DNA of 64,000 nucleotides from the NCBI GenBank assembly GCA_947652615.1, contig CANTDX010000005.1, forward strand, positions 7,333 through 71,332, written 5' to 3'. Made by a program: the position numbers and the translations under genes. Under the pieces are notes generated by a model. It saw only the letters and a list, made by a program, of their open reading frames with translations, was not told where the DNA came from and did not search any database. Below, piece by piece: positions 45,430-54,746 of this stretch (positions are counted from its first letter, which is position 1; every line of letters begins with the position of its first letter). Source of the DNA: an uncultured Dorea sp. GTDB taxonomy: Bacteria > Bacillota > Clostridia > Lachnospirales > Lachnospiraceae.

Positions 45430-46253
45430 GATCCATCCACTCTCAACAATCTCAGAATATTCATGAAATTCTCTGCTTTCAGGCTAGCGCCTCCAATCAG
45501 AAAACCGTCTACAAATTGTACTGAAGCAATGTCTTTTACATTCTTCTCATTCACACTGCCGCCATAGAGTATCCTAGATGCCCGCTCACTGATTCCCGTA
45601 TATGATACCAGAAGTTCATGAATAAACCGATGCGTCTCCCCGATCTGATCAAGCCCGGGTATCACACCTGTCCCAATCGCCCATACCGGTTCATAGGCTA
45701 TTATACAGTCTGAAAGCGCGTCTCCGATCTCCTGTCTGACCGCATCCAACTGAACTTTTAGTACCTCGTGATATCTGTTACCCTGCCGTTCCTCCAATGT
45801 CTCTCCGATACAGACCACCGGCCTGATATGATATCTCAGTGCTGCCGCCGTCTTCCTGGCTACGATTTCCGGAGTCTCTCCATAATAATTCCGGCGTTCA
45901 GAATGCCCGGCCAACACATAGGAGCATCCTAAATCTGCAAGCATCGCCGCACTCACTTCCCCGGTATACGCTCCCTTCTCTTCCTTTGCAACATCCTGCG
46001 CCCCATATGTTATCTTATCGTATCGAAGCATTTCCTGAAAAATCGGCAAATACGGGTATGGTGGGAAAATCACTGTCTTCAGATAATCTGGGATCTTCTC
46101 TTCTTTCACCTTTTCGATAAATCTTCTAGTCTCCTTGGCCGACATATTCATCTTCCAGTTTGCCGCAACGATATATTCTTTCTGCTTCCTGCTGCTGAAT
46201 TTCGATTCTATATGCTTCCGTACCAGACTTTCAATTTCTCTCTTTTCCACCAT
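45426..46253 (-). CDS. triose-phosphate isomerase family protein with N-terminal extension
   Basis: TIM catalytic blocks AANWKMN, GHSERR, YEPVWAIGTG and GGASL, preceded by about 25 extra residues (EIESLVRKHIESKF). Confidence 0.85.
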   Translation of the reverse strand: MVEKREIESLVRKHIESKFSSRKQKEYIVAANWKMNMSAKETRRFIEKVKEEKIPDYLKTVIFPPYPYLPIFQEMLRYDKITYGAQDVAKEEKGAYTGEVSAAMLADLGCSYVLAGHSERRNYYGETPEIVARKTAAALRYHIRPVVCIGETLEERQGNRYHEVLKVQLDAVRQEIGDALSDCIIAYEPVWAIGTGVIPGLDQIGETHRFIHELLVSYTGISERASRILYGGSVNEKNVKDIASVQFVDGFLIGGASLKAENFMNILRLLRVDGS

Positions 46254-46275
46254 GTCACTTCCTTTTGCTGCTTCC

Positions 46276-47343
46276 CTATATGAGTTCCGGCAAGAATAAT
46301 ACCTTCGTAAATACCTCTGTGCGGTTAAACATCATATCAAACACTTCCTTACAGTCTTCAAGCCTTACTCTGTGAGTAATCAACGGCTCCACAATGATCT
46401 TACCAAGATTCATATATTCAAGACCGCTCATCCACTCATTGATCGGCAGCGGATTAATGGATGAATTCCAACTCCCATGTATGGTAAGCTCCCCTCTCAA
46501 GATGGCTGCAATTGCCTTATTAGGGAATGCCACATCATCATATGTAATACCGCCGTATACAACTTCTCCGTTCTTCTTACAAGCCTCAACCGCCTGTACA
46601 TGTGTGATCTTGTTCCCCGCAAATTCAATTGCAATATCTACACCCTCACCGCCGGTCAGTTCCTTTACAGCCTTAACTGCATCCACCTTCATGCCGTTAA
46701 TACCGTCCGTTGCCCCAAGCTCTTTTGCAAGCCTAAGTTTCTCATCTGCAACATCCACGGCGATAACCCTGGTACATCCAAGCTCCCTCAACCACTGAAC
46801 ACAGAGATAGCCAATGGCTCCCAGCCCGAATACGGCAGCCGATTTGCCGGCTTCCATCCTGACTTTGCGCACCGCATGGAGTGCTACGGAGATCGGATCT
46901 GTGAGAGCGCCCATCTCATAGCTTACATTCTGCGGCAGCTTAAGGCAGTTCTCAGATTCAACAACAATATATTCCGCCATTGCCCCATCTCTTCTGGAAC
47001 CATAATAATCATAATGGTCACACAGATGAGACTGGCCGACTTTACAAAACTGGCACGTACCGCATGGAATCAGCGGCATCACGGATACCCTGTCACCCGG
47101 CTTCAAATTGCCGCGCACATTCGTGCCGCATTCTACAATCTGTCCGGAAAACTCATGTCCGATCGTGGTAGGAAAGTGATAGGTCCCTTTCACCATAACC
47201 CGCGGAATATCTGAGCCGCACACTCCGCAGCTTTTTACCTTTATCAATACCTGCGTATCTTTCTCGATCTGCGGAATGTCAACTTCCACACAACGGATAT
47301 CCTTTGGCGCAAACAAGCGTACCGCTCTCATTTTTTGTGCCAT
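46276..47343 (-). CDS. Zn-dependent alcohol dehydrogenase (galactitol-1-phosphate 5-dehydrogenase-like)
   Basis: MDR motifs CGVCGSDIPR and GHEFSG, a structural Zn cluster CGTCQFCKVGQSHLC, and Rossmann motif GLGAIG. Confidence 0.85.
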   Translation of the reverse strand: MAQKMRAVRLFAPKDIRCVEVDIPQIEKDTQVLIKVKSCGVCGSDIPRVMVKGTYHFPTTIGHEFSGQIVECGTNVRGNLKPGDRVSVMPLIPCGTCQFCKVGQSHLCDHYDYYGSRRDGAMAEYIVVESENCLKLPQNVSYEMGALTDPISVALHAVRKVRMEAGKSAAVFGLGAIGYLCVQWLRELGCTRVIAVDVADEKLRLAKELGATDGINGMKVDAVKAVKELTGGEGVDIAIEFAGNKITHVQAVEACKKNGEVVYGGITYDDVAFPNKAIAAILRGELTIHGSWNSSINPLPINEWMSGLEYMNLGKIIVEPLITHRVRLEDCKEVFDMMFNRTEVFTKVLFLPELI

Positions 47344-47449
47344 ATTATCGCCTCCTTAATGAACTTTTGATACATATATAGTAAATTATGTTCCTATATA
47401 GATATTAGCATTTCCTACCGCCAATGTCAATCCCGAAATTATATGTATC

Positions 47450-48958
47450 CTATCCATCTTCCCGCATCATTTTTTTCAAACTTTTATATAATCTAAGATA
47501 TTTTTTAAACACTTCTTCATATTGCCGATGTGCATCCATGTCAGGAGATATTGTAGAGTCCTCCACTACCATAACATCTGCTGCCTCTTCAAATGTATCG
47601 TAGTGTCTCCCTCTTGCTGCTGCCACAACACAACAGCCTAATACTCCTGCCTGACTCTCTCTCGTGACAACAATTGGCTTCCCTGTCACATCCGAAATAA
47701 TCTGAAGCCATCCTCTGTCCTTGGTAACTCCGCCGCACGCCACAATCACGTCAATGCTGCAGCCCTGCTCCTCAAAATTCTTTACAATATTATGTGTGCC
47801 AAATGCAACCGACTCCAGGATCGCCCTATATATATGCTTCCATGTATGCTTCATTGTAAGTCCGTAGATAACTCCCTTTGAATAGGAATCTTTATAAGGT
47901 GTACGATTTCCCTGGAAATAATCCAGTACAACCAATCCCTCCGCACCGATATCCGTATCTTTTACGCACTCCATCAACTTTGCATAGACATTATCTTTTG
48001 TCCCCTCGATATGGAAATTTTTACGGAACCAGTTCACTAAGCCCGATGCCGATATCTGTCCTCCCTCCAATAGCCACATATTATCAATAATAGCGCTGTC
48101 ATAAGGCCCCCAGACACCTTTAATATCCGGTTTGTCTTTAACCAGACACAAATGCACAAAGCTCGTTCCCATAGTAACCGCCAGTTTCTTCTCCCTGATC
48201 GCATTCAAACCAAACATTGCCATATGTGCGTCTATACAGCCCTGGACAATTTTCATCTTAGGGCTAATACCGAATTTCTCTGCAAGCTTCTCGGATATAT
48301 ACCCGACCTCCTGCCCTATTTTAATCACATTGGTAATCAGTTTATCTTCATAATCCTCCAAACCGATCTTTTCAAAATATTCTCTGCTGAATCCTCCTTC
48401 CTCAAGGACATAGTTCCACTTACATGTCGTATTACATATGGATGCCGCCAGATTTCCAGATAATTTATAATTAATCCAATCCAACTGTTCTATAATCTTC
48501 CAGCACGAATCATATAGTTCTCTGCGTTCTCTCTTAATCCAAAGGACCTTAGGAATCAGCCATTCCGCCGACACCTCTTCTCCGCAATATTTCAGCCGTT
48601 CATACTTGCCCTGGTTAATCTCCTCAGCTATATCTTTACTGCGGATATCCATCCACATCATAGCATTCCCCATTGGCACTCCATCCCTATCCACCACTAC
48701 AGCCGTGGAAGATGTGGCACAAACCGCACAGGCAGTCATAGCCTCCTTCTGTCCGTCATCCAGATCCCCGCAGCATTCGCCAAATGTTTCCAGAATTCCT
48801 TCCCACCATACATTAGGATCCTGTTCTGCCCATCCCGGTGCAGGATATTCTGTATCCCATTTTTTCTCATGGACGGTAAGAACTCTCCCATTTTCATCCA
48901 CGATTCCTATCCGAACTCCTTGCGTCCCCGTATCAATCCCCGCAAACAATTTCTTCAT
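47450..48958 (-). CDS. FGGY-family carbohydrate kinase (pentulose/ribulokinase-like)
   Basis: N-terminal GIDTGTQGVR phosphate-1 motif. 502 aa with FGGY C-terminal blocks (GGVTKDRGWLQIISDV). AGGAGG RBS. Confidence 0.85.
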   Translation of the reverse strand: MKKLFAGIDTGTQGVRIGIVDENGRVLTVHEKKWDTEYPAPGWAEQDPNVWWEGILETFGECCGDLDDGQKEAMTACAVCATSSTAVVVDRDGVPMGNAMMWMDIRSKDIAEEINQGKYERLKYCGEEVSAEWLIPKVLWIKRERRELYDSCWKIIEQLDWINYKLSGNLAASICNTTCKWNYVLEEGGFSREYFEKIGLEDYEDKLITNVIKIGQEVGYISEKLAEKFGISPKMKIVQGCIDAHMAMFGLNAIREKKLAVTMGTSFVHLCLVKDKPDIKGVWGPYDSAIIDNMWLLEGGQISASGLVNWFRKNFHIEGTKDNVYAKLMECVKDTDIGAEGLVVLDYFQGNRTPYKDSYSKGVIYGLTMKHTWKHIYRAILESVAFGTHNIVKNFEEQGCSIDVIVACGGVTKDRGWLQIISDVTGKPIVVTRESQAGVLGCCVVAAARGRHYDTFEEAADVMVVEDSTISPDMDAHRQYEEVFKKYLRLYKSLKKMMREDG

Positions 48959-48979
48959 ACTTGCCTCCTACTCTAATAC

Positions 48980-49008
48980 AAAAAAGGAGCAGACTGTACT
49001 TCTGCCCC
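48980..49008 (-). terminator. intrinsic terminator / attenuator hairpin directly upstream of the FGGY kinase RBS
   Basis: Minus-strand GGGGCAGA-AGTACAG-TCTGCTCC followed by TTTTTT. It lies 22 nt upstream of the kinase ATG. Confidence 0.6.
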
Positions 49009-49082
49009 TTTCATTCCCGCCGGCAACGAGCCAAGCGGGCATGCTTGCATGCACATTTGGCGGCTGCAGCGGGCGCTTGCCG

Positions 49083-49574
49083 CTAAATTGTAACAAATAT
49101 CTCCTTAGCTGACATATCAACAGAAAACAAATCATTGTGATATACCCGTTCCGGCAACACAATCAGAACATTTACTTCGTTGTTATGCAATGGAAGCGGC
49201 ATATAATGCCATACTCCAGGATTAAGCTGAATAATTACATTCTTCGGAACAATGAATGCTTCCACCTCTTTTTCTGACGGCTCTTGTGAACTTCCCGCCT
49301 TTGCAAGAAAAAGAACCGCATCGTCATCCAATGGCATCATCACCTCCGATGCATAATTATGATACTCCAATGCCTGTAAACGAAATCTTTCATCCTTCTT
49401 AACAGAAAGCGTCGATATACCCAGAACCGGGGCTTGTGTTGCATATCTTACACAGTCCCGATAGAATGTAAATGCATCGGAACCAAAACCAGCCCTGCTC
49501 TTATCCAGCATATCGCCAAAATGCCCGTATTCTGCAAATCCATCTTTTGTAAGATACTTTACTTTTATCTCCAT
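49083..49574 (-). CDS. ureidoglycolate-lyase-like / cupin-fold protein
   Basis: About 163 aa. LTKDGFAEYG near the N-terminus and overall length resemble the ureidoglycolate lyase family. Start chosen at MEIKVKY (ATG 49574, GGGGAGGG upstream). Confidence 0.5.
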   Translation of the reverse strand: MEIKVKYLTKDGFAEYGHFGDMLDKSRAGFGSDAFTFYRDCVRYATQAPVLGISTLSVKKDERFRLQALEYHNYASEVMMPLDDDAVLFLAKAGSSQEPSEKEVEAFIVPKNVIIQLNPGVWHYMPLPLHNNEVNVLIVLPERVYHNDLFSVDMSAKEIFVTI

Positions 49575-49594
49575 GATCATCCCTCCCCAATTCA

Positions 49595-50674
49595 TTAAGG
49601 TCTGATAATAACCTTGAGCGAACCCTCGCCCTTTGAGTTCTGCTCGAAGGCATCCTGCCAGTGATCCAGATCAAAGGAATGCGTCACAACTCCGTCGGTA
49701 TAGATTGTATTATCTGCAATCCATTCGGTTACGACATCAAAACAGTATGGCCCTAAGTGAGATCCCAAAAGATCAAGTTCTTTCCCATCACCAATCACAG
49801 ACCAGTCCACAGATACTTTCTGCCCAAATACGCTGAATTCAATGAATCTGCCTAATTTCCGGATCGAATCTAACCCCTGCTGAACACTGGACGGATGGCC
49901 TGTTGCCTCTACATAGATATCGCACCCATAACCCTTTGTAAGCTTTTTCACCTCTTCTTCGATATTGCATTTAGACGGGTTCAAGATTATATCTGCACCA
50001 AATTTCTTCGCAATCTCCAACCTGCTGTCAATCATATCAACAGCAACCAGAGTCTTTGGATTCCGCAGCCGCGCATAATTAACCATGGCCAGCCCAAGTG
50101 TTCCTACCCCAGAGATTACCACAACATCTGTATTTGTAATCTGCGCTCTGTCAATCGCATGCTTTGCACAGCTATATGGCTCGATCAGAATCGCTTTCTC
50201 CAGTTCCAGATCCTTTGGAATCTGATAAATTCTCGTCTTGGCAGGTAAAACCATGTACTCCGCCATTGCACCATTCACATGCTCACGGAATCCAAATATA
50301 TCCGCTTTATCACACATCCAATATTTTCCCGTCTGACAGAACATGCATTCTCCACAAGGAACAATCTGCTCTCCTGTAACACGGTCCCCTATCTTAACAT
50401 CTCCCTGGTAATGATCACTTAACTCAACAACTTCTCCTATAAACTCATGTCCGGGAATAAACGGGGTTTTTACCCAGGGTTCTGTCGTTCCGTCTCCCCA
50501 ATATCCTTCGGCACCATGCCAATTCTTAATATCACTTGCACAGACTCCACACGCTTCTACCCGGATCAATACTTCTCCATCTTTTAGATCTGGCACCGGA
50601 TACGCTTCTTCAAGCACATATTTTCCTTTTTCATAAACTACCAATGCCTTCATTGATTTCACTTTTTTCGCCAT
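49595..50674 (-). CDS. Zn-dependent alcohol/polyol dehydrogenase
   Basis: CGVCASDIKN, GHEFIGEV, and structural Zn cluster CGECMFCQTGKYWMC. Start chosen at MAKKVKS (ATG 50674, 7 nt after GGAGG). Confidence 0.85.
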   Translation of the reverse strand: MAKKVKSMKALVVYEKGKYVLEEAYPVPDLKDGEVLIRVEACGVCASDIKNWHGAEGYWGDGTTEPWVKTPFIPGHEFIGEVVELSDHYQGDVKIGDRVTGEQIVPCGECMFCQTGKYWMCDKADIFGFREHVNGAMAEYMVLPAKTRIYQIPKDLELEKAILIEPYSCAKHAIDRAQITNTDVVVISGVGTLGLAMVNYARLRNPKTLVAVDMIDSRLEIAKKFGADIILNPSKCNIEEEVKKLTKGYGCDIYVEATGHPSSVQQGLDSIRKLGRFIEFSVFGQKVSVDWSVIGDGKELDLLGSHLGPYCFDVVTEWIADNTIYTDGVVTHSFDLDHWQDAFEQNSKGEGSLKVIIRP

Positions 50675-50700
50675 TTCCATACCTCCATTAACCAACATAA

Positions 50701-51669
50701 TTATATAGTTTCACTCTTTCTTGTCGTAAATTCCTGAAGCAATACAGATAATACAATAATAACACCCTTAATAATATCCTGCGGATATGCCGGAACCGCC
50801 AACAGATTCATAATGTTACTGATAAATGCCAGTACAAAGACACCGACTACCGTTTTCAGCACGGAACCCCGCCCTCCATTCAGGCTGGCACCTCCGATTA
50901 CACATGCCGCTATAGCGTCTAATTCCAACCCTTCTCCTATAATGGGGGTTCCGATTGCGGTTCTGGAGGAAGCAATGATACCTGCAAGTCCTGAACACAC
51001 ACCAGATATTGCATAGACGGATAATTTATACCATTTGGTAGGAATACCCGCCAGCCTTACCGAAGTCTCGTTACTTCCTATCGCAATAACAATTCTTCCA
51101 AACGCTGTATATCTTAAAATGCAGAAAAAAATGATCACTACGACCAGTGCAAGGATCGCGAGCCACGGAAGAACTCCTCCAAGTTTGGCAACTCCAAGCC
51201 TGCCGATCGTATTCGCCGGAGTCTGCACCGGCTGTCCATTAGAAACAACATATGCTACTCCCCGCGCAATTGTCATCATTGCCAATGACGCCACAAACGG
51301 AGCCATATTCGTAAATGCCACGAAAAACCCTGTAACTGCACCGCAGATCAATCCGCATACAAGGGGCAGCAATATTGCACCTATCATCCCCAACTCTTTT
51401 GTCGTCAGTGCATAAGCAACCATTACACTTCCAAGAGCCAGAATAGATCCGACAGACAGATCGATCCCACCCGTTAAAATAACATACAGCATACCCATAC
51501 ACACGATAATGGTTCCTGAATACTGCCTTAACAAGTTGGTAATATTCTGCACCGTAAAAAAGTCCGGAGATATGATCGCACAGATGATCAGCAACAATAA
51601 CAGCATTATGTATGTATTATTATCAATTAAAATTTTTCCGATTTTATTCTTACTACTCTTCATGAACAT
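50701..51669 (-). CDS. ribose-type sugar ABC transporter permease
   Basis: BPD_transp_2 pattern (GGIDLSVGSI, GSNETSVRLAGI). 322 aa. Confidence 0.9.
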   Translation of the reverse strand: MFMKSSKNKIGKILIDNNTYIMLLLLLIICAIISPDFFTVQNITNLLRQYSGTIIVCMGMLYVILTGGIDLSVGSILALGSVMVAYALTTKELGMIGAILLPLVCGLICGAVTGFFVAFTNMAPFVASLAMMTIARGVAYVVSNGQPVQTPANTIGRLGVAKLGGVLPWLAILALVVVIIFFCILRYTAFGRIVIAIGSNETSVRLAGIPTKWYKLSVYAISGVCSGLAGIIASSRTAIGTPIIGEGLELDAIAACVIGGASLNGGRGSVLKTVVGVFVLAFISNIMNLLAVPAYPQDIIKGVIIVLSVLLQEFTTRKSETI

Positions 51670-53161
51670 TAACTCCCATCGAATACCTGATTAATTTCTC
51701 TTCTCCTAGTTCTGACTTATTCAATTCTCCGACAACCTTACCTTGTCTCATAATCAAAGTTCTGTCACACATCCCGATAATTTCTGTCATTTCAGAAGAA
51801 ATCATTACAATTGCGACTCCTTGTTCTGCCAGGTCATTAATATTTTTATAAATCTCTACTTTTGCTCCGACATCAACCCCTCTGGTTGGTTCATCCAGAA
51901 TGATACATTTGCAGTCTGCCACAAGCCATTTGGCAAGAGCAACCTTCTGCTGATTCCCGCCTGATAAACTAGATGTATGGTCTTCCATCGAATTATACTT
52001 CGTAGCCAATTGTTCCAGGACATCTCTTGTAAGTTCTTTATCCTTTTTCTCACTGATCACTCCCAAGAGTCTGATGATCTTCTTCAGAGAAGACAACGTC
52101 GTATTTATTCTGATACTCTGTTCCAGTAGTACGCCTTGCTGCTTTCTGTCTTCCGGTAGCAGTCCAAGCCCCTTTCTTACGGCCTGTTTCGGAGACTTAA
52201 AATTCACTTTCTCTCCCATGAATATGATCTCTCCGGATTCCTTCCGGTCAGCTCCAAAGATCAGACGCATAGTTTCTGTTCTTCCGGCCCCCACCAAGCC
52301 GCTGATTCCAAGTACCTCTCCTGCACGGACAGCAAACGAAACATTCTGTACTTGCTTCCCCCGGTTTAAATTCTTAACCTCCAGTACAGTTTCTCCTATC
52401 TTTGCATCTCTGGGCGGAAAAAGTGTAGACATATCACGTCCCACCATCAGATTCACCAACTGATGCTTATCTATCTCCTCCGTACCTACTTCTTTGACAA
52501 ATGTTCCATCTTTTAATACGGTAATACGGTCACAGATCTGGAAGATCTCTTCTAATCTATGAGAGATATAGATAATACTTACGCCGTCTTTTTTCAGCTT
52601 TTCTATTAGTAGAAACAATTTCTCTATCTCGGAAAATGTCAATACGGCTGTAGGTTCATCTAACACCAATATTCTGGCATTGCGGGTCAGATTCTTGCAG
52701 ATCTCCACCACCTGCTGATAGGCTACCGACAGGCTTTCAACCGTTGCTTTTGCTTTAATTTCTTCAAAGCCTAACTGCTTCAGTATCTCTTCAGCTTTTC
52801 GGTTCAGTTCCTTCCAATTAATAAATTTATTTTTTTCAGAGAGCCTGTCAATAAAAATATTTTCTGCAACAGTAAGATGCGGTGCCAGCATAAATTCCTG
52901 ATAAATCGTTGCTACCCCTAATTCTTTCGCTTCTCTGGGGGATGATATCTTTTCCTCCTTGCCATCTATGAAGATCGTTCCTTCATCCCGCCCAAAAGCA
53001 CCGGACAATATCTTCATAAGAGTAGACTTACCTGCACCATTTTCCCCCACCAGTGCATGAACCTCACCGGGCTTAACCCTCAATGACACATCATTCAAAG
53101 CCAGAACTCCGCCAAACCTTTTGACAATATTCTTCATTTCCACTCTATATTCATTCGCCAT
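51653..53161 (-). CDS. sugar ABC transporter ATP-binding protein (two NBDs)
   Basis: Walker A GENGAGKST, a second NBD with GLVGAGRTE, and signature LSGGNQQK. Start chosen at MANEYRV (ATG 53161, AAGGAG upstream). Confidence 0.9.
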   Translation of the reverse strand: MANEYRVEMKNIVKRFGGVLALNDVSLRVKPGEVHALVGENGAGKSTLMKILSGAFGRDEGTIFIDGKEEKISSPREAKELGVATIYQEFMLAPHLTVAENIFIDRLSEKNKFINWKELNRKAEEILKQLGFEEIKAKATVESLSVAYQQVVEICKNLTRNARILVLDEPTAVLTFSEIEKLFLLIEKLKKDGVSIIYISHRLEEIFQICDRITVLKDGTFVKEVGTEEIDKHQLVNLMVGRDMSTLFPPRDAKIGETVLEVKNLNRGKQVQNVSFAVRAGEVLGISGLVGAGRTETMRLIFGADRKESGEIIFMGEKVNFKSPKQAVRKGLGLLPEDRKQQGVLLEQSIRINTTLSSLKKIIRLLGVISEKKDKELTRDVLEQLATKYNSMEDHTSSLSGGNQQKVALAKWLVADCKCIILDEPTRGVDVGAKVEIYKNINDLAEQGVAIVMISSEMTEIIGMCDRTLIMRQGKVVGELNKSELGEEKLIRYSMGVNVHEE

Positions 53162-53263
53162 GGTTCCAACTCCTTGTATACTTTCATGTTTTTTTAAAGG
53201 GGATGTTTGATATAGAAACATCCCCTTCTAAAACATTTATTTTACTAATTCTGCTGCCAGAAC

Positions 53264-54379
53264 TTAGAATGCATTATCCGGATTATAGTATTCTGCCGCA
53301 TTTTCTACTGTATAACATAATGCCGGTGTACGAGTAACATCTTCATAGTCGTCCGCAGTCTTCCCATTCTCAAGAACATCAACTGCAATCTCTAACGTCA
53401 TCTTTGATACGGTTGCAGGGCTATTGTCTCCTGTTGCCATATAATCCGTACCGTCTGCAATTAATTTTAAAGCTTCTTTCTGACCGTCTGCTGCAGCAGC
53501 CAGTTTAATACCAGACATATTCGCATTCTCAATCGCAGTCATTGCTCCAAGAAGCATATTATCATTCTCGCCAAGAACTAAATTAATATCCTTATTGGCA
53601 ACCAGTAAGTCTTCCATTGCCGGAAGGCCTTCGTCAGCAGTCCAGTTTCCCCAGCCCTGGCCATTAATCGCAAAATCTGCTTCTTCATGATATGCTTTTC
53701 CTTTATCAATCAAAGTCTGCTCCATCTCTCTTGCCTGTTCCCAAGCTTCATCTTCAGAACATCCTGTTCTCTGCTCGATAATCCCGCACATCAAACCAGT
53801 ACGTCTTTCCTGTGAAACCACTGCTCCTTTTACACCTGACAGGAGAACAGATACGATCGGTTCGTCACCAAAAGTTTCTGCTGTATATAATCCAACAGCA
53901 CGTCCATTTCTCTCATTGTCTGAACATACGATAGTAATACATTCAGCCGAAGAATCAGGTGCATTGTCTACAGCAATAACCGGAATTCCTGCTTCCGCCG
54001 CATTAGCTATAGACTGCAGACACGCTTCAGAATCAATCGGATTTATAATGATCAGATCATATCCCTGACTGACAAATGTCTCCATATTCTCCATCTCTTT
54101 ATTGATATCTTCATCAGCATCTAAGCTCGCATATTTCCATCCCAGTGCCTCTACTTCCTCTTTCAGAGCCGCATCCAATGCAACAAAATAAGGATTATTC
54201 AATGTCTTATTCGCATATCCCACTTTGAAAGTTTTGCTCTCTTCTTCCTTCTTGGCATCCCCTGTGCCATTACTGCCTGAATTCCCTGAGGAATCGGACT
54301 TGCCCGAGCATCCTGCAGCTAATACACCCAACATCACAACTACCAATACAGCACTCATCAGCTTTCTCATTTTTTTCAT
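53264..54379 (-). CDS. sugar ABC transporter substrate-binding lipoprotein
   Basis: Lipobox LAAGCSG and a periplasmic-binding-protein type I pattern. Start chosen at MKKMRKL (ATG 54379, AAGGAGGAG upstream). Confidence 0.9.
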   Translation of the reverse strand: MKKMRKLMSAVLVVVMLGVLAAGCSGKSDSSGNSGSNGTGDAKKEEESKTFKVGYANKTLNNPYFVALDAALKEEVEALGWKYASLDADEDINKEMENMETFVSQGYDLIIINPIDSEACLQSIANAAEAGIPVIAVDNAPDSSAECITIVCSDNERNGRAVGLYTAETFGDEPIVSVLLSGVKGAVVSQERRTGLMCGIIEQRTGCSEDEAWEQAREMEQTLIDKGKAYHEEADFAINGQGWGNWTADEGLPAMEDLLVANKDINLVLGENDNMLLGAMTAIENANMSGIKLAAAADGQKEALKLIADGTDYMATGDNSPATVSKMTLEIAVDVLENGKTADDYEDVTRTPALCYTVENAAEYYNPDNAF

Positions 54380-54746
54380 TCTTTGCTCCTCCTTGTTTAA
54401 TTGGCAATGCATGCATTTGTTTCTTCTCATGCTAATTTTTCCATGAGTAACATATGTTCATATATGAATAACTTTTGTAATCAAATCTTATCATATTTAG
54501 TTCCTTTTGTCAACACAAACAAATAATTTACTTTTTTTTTGCTATTTTTATATATTTTACCCATTGCATATTCATCCCCTCATCTTTTATTCAGTTTTAA
54601 ATGCTAACATACAATCACTGCATATGCTACATATATACCCGTGTAAATATCTGGTAAATCAACAGAAGGACACTCTCAAAAAGCACACAAAAAAAGTGCA
54701 AGTTTGTCTAACCTGCACTTCATTCTCAAACCTATTTACCCTGTTC

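Noticed and set aside
48968-49162. A 64-aa minus-strand ORF spanning the GC-rich intergenic element, which could have been a leader peptide or small protein.
   Set aside because: It overlaps the 3' end of the cupin-like gene in another frame and runs through the terminator hairpin. It has no RBS. The region is better explained as structured RNA.
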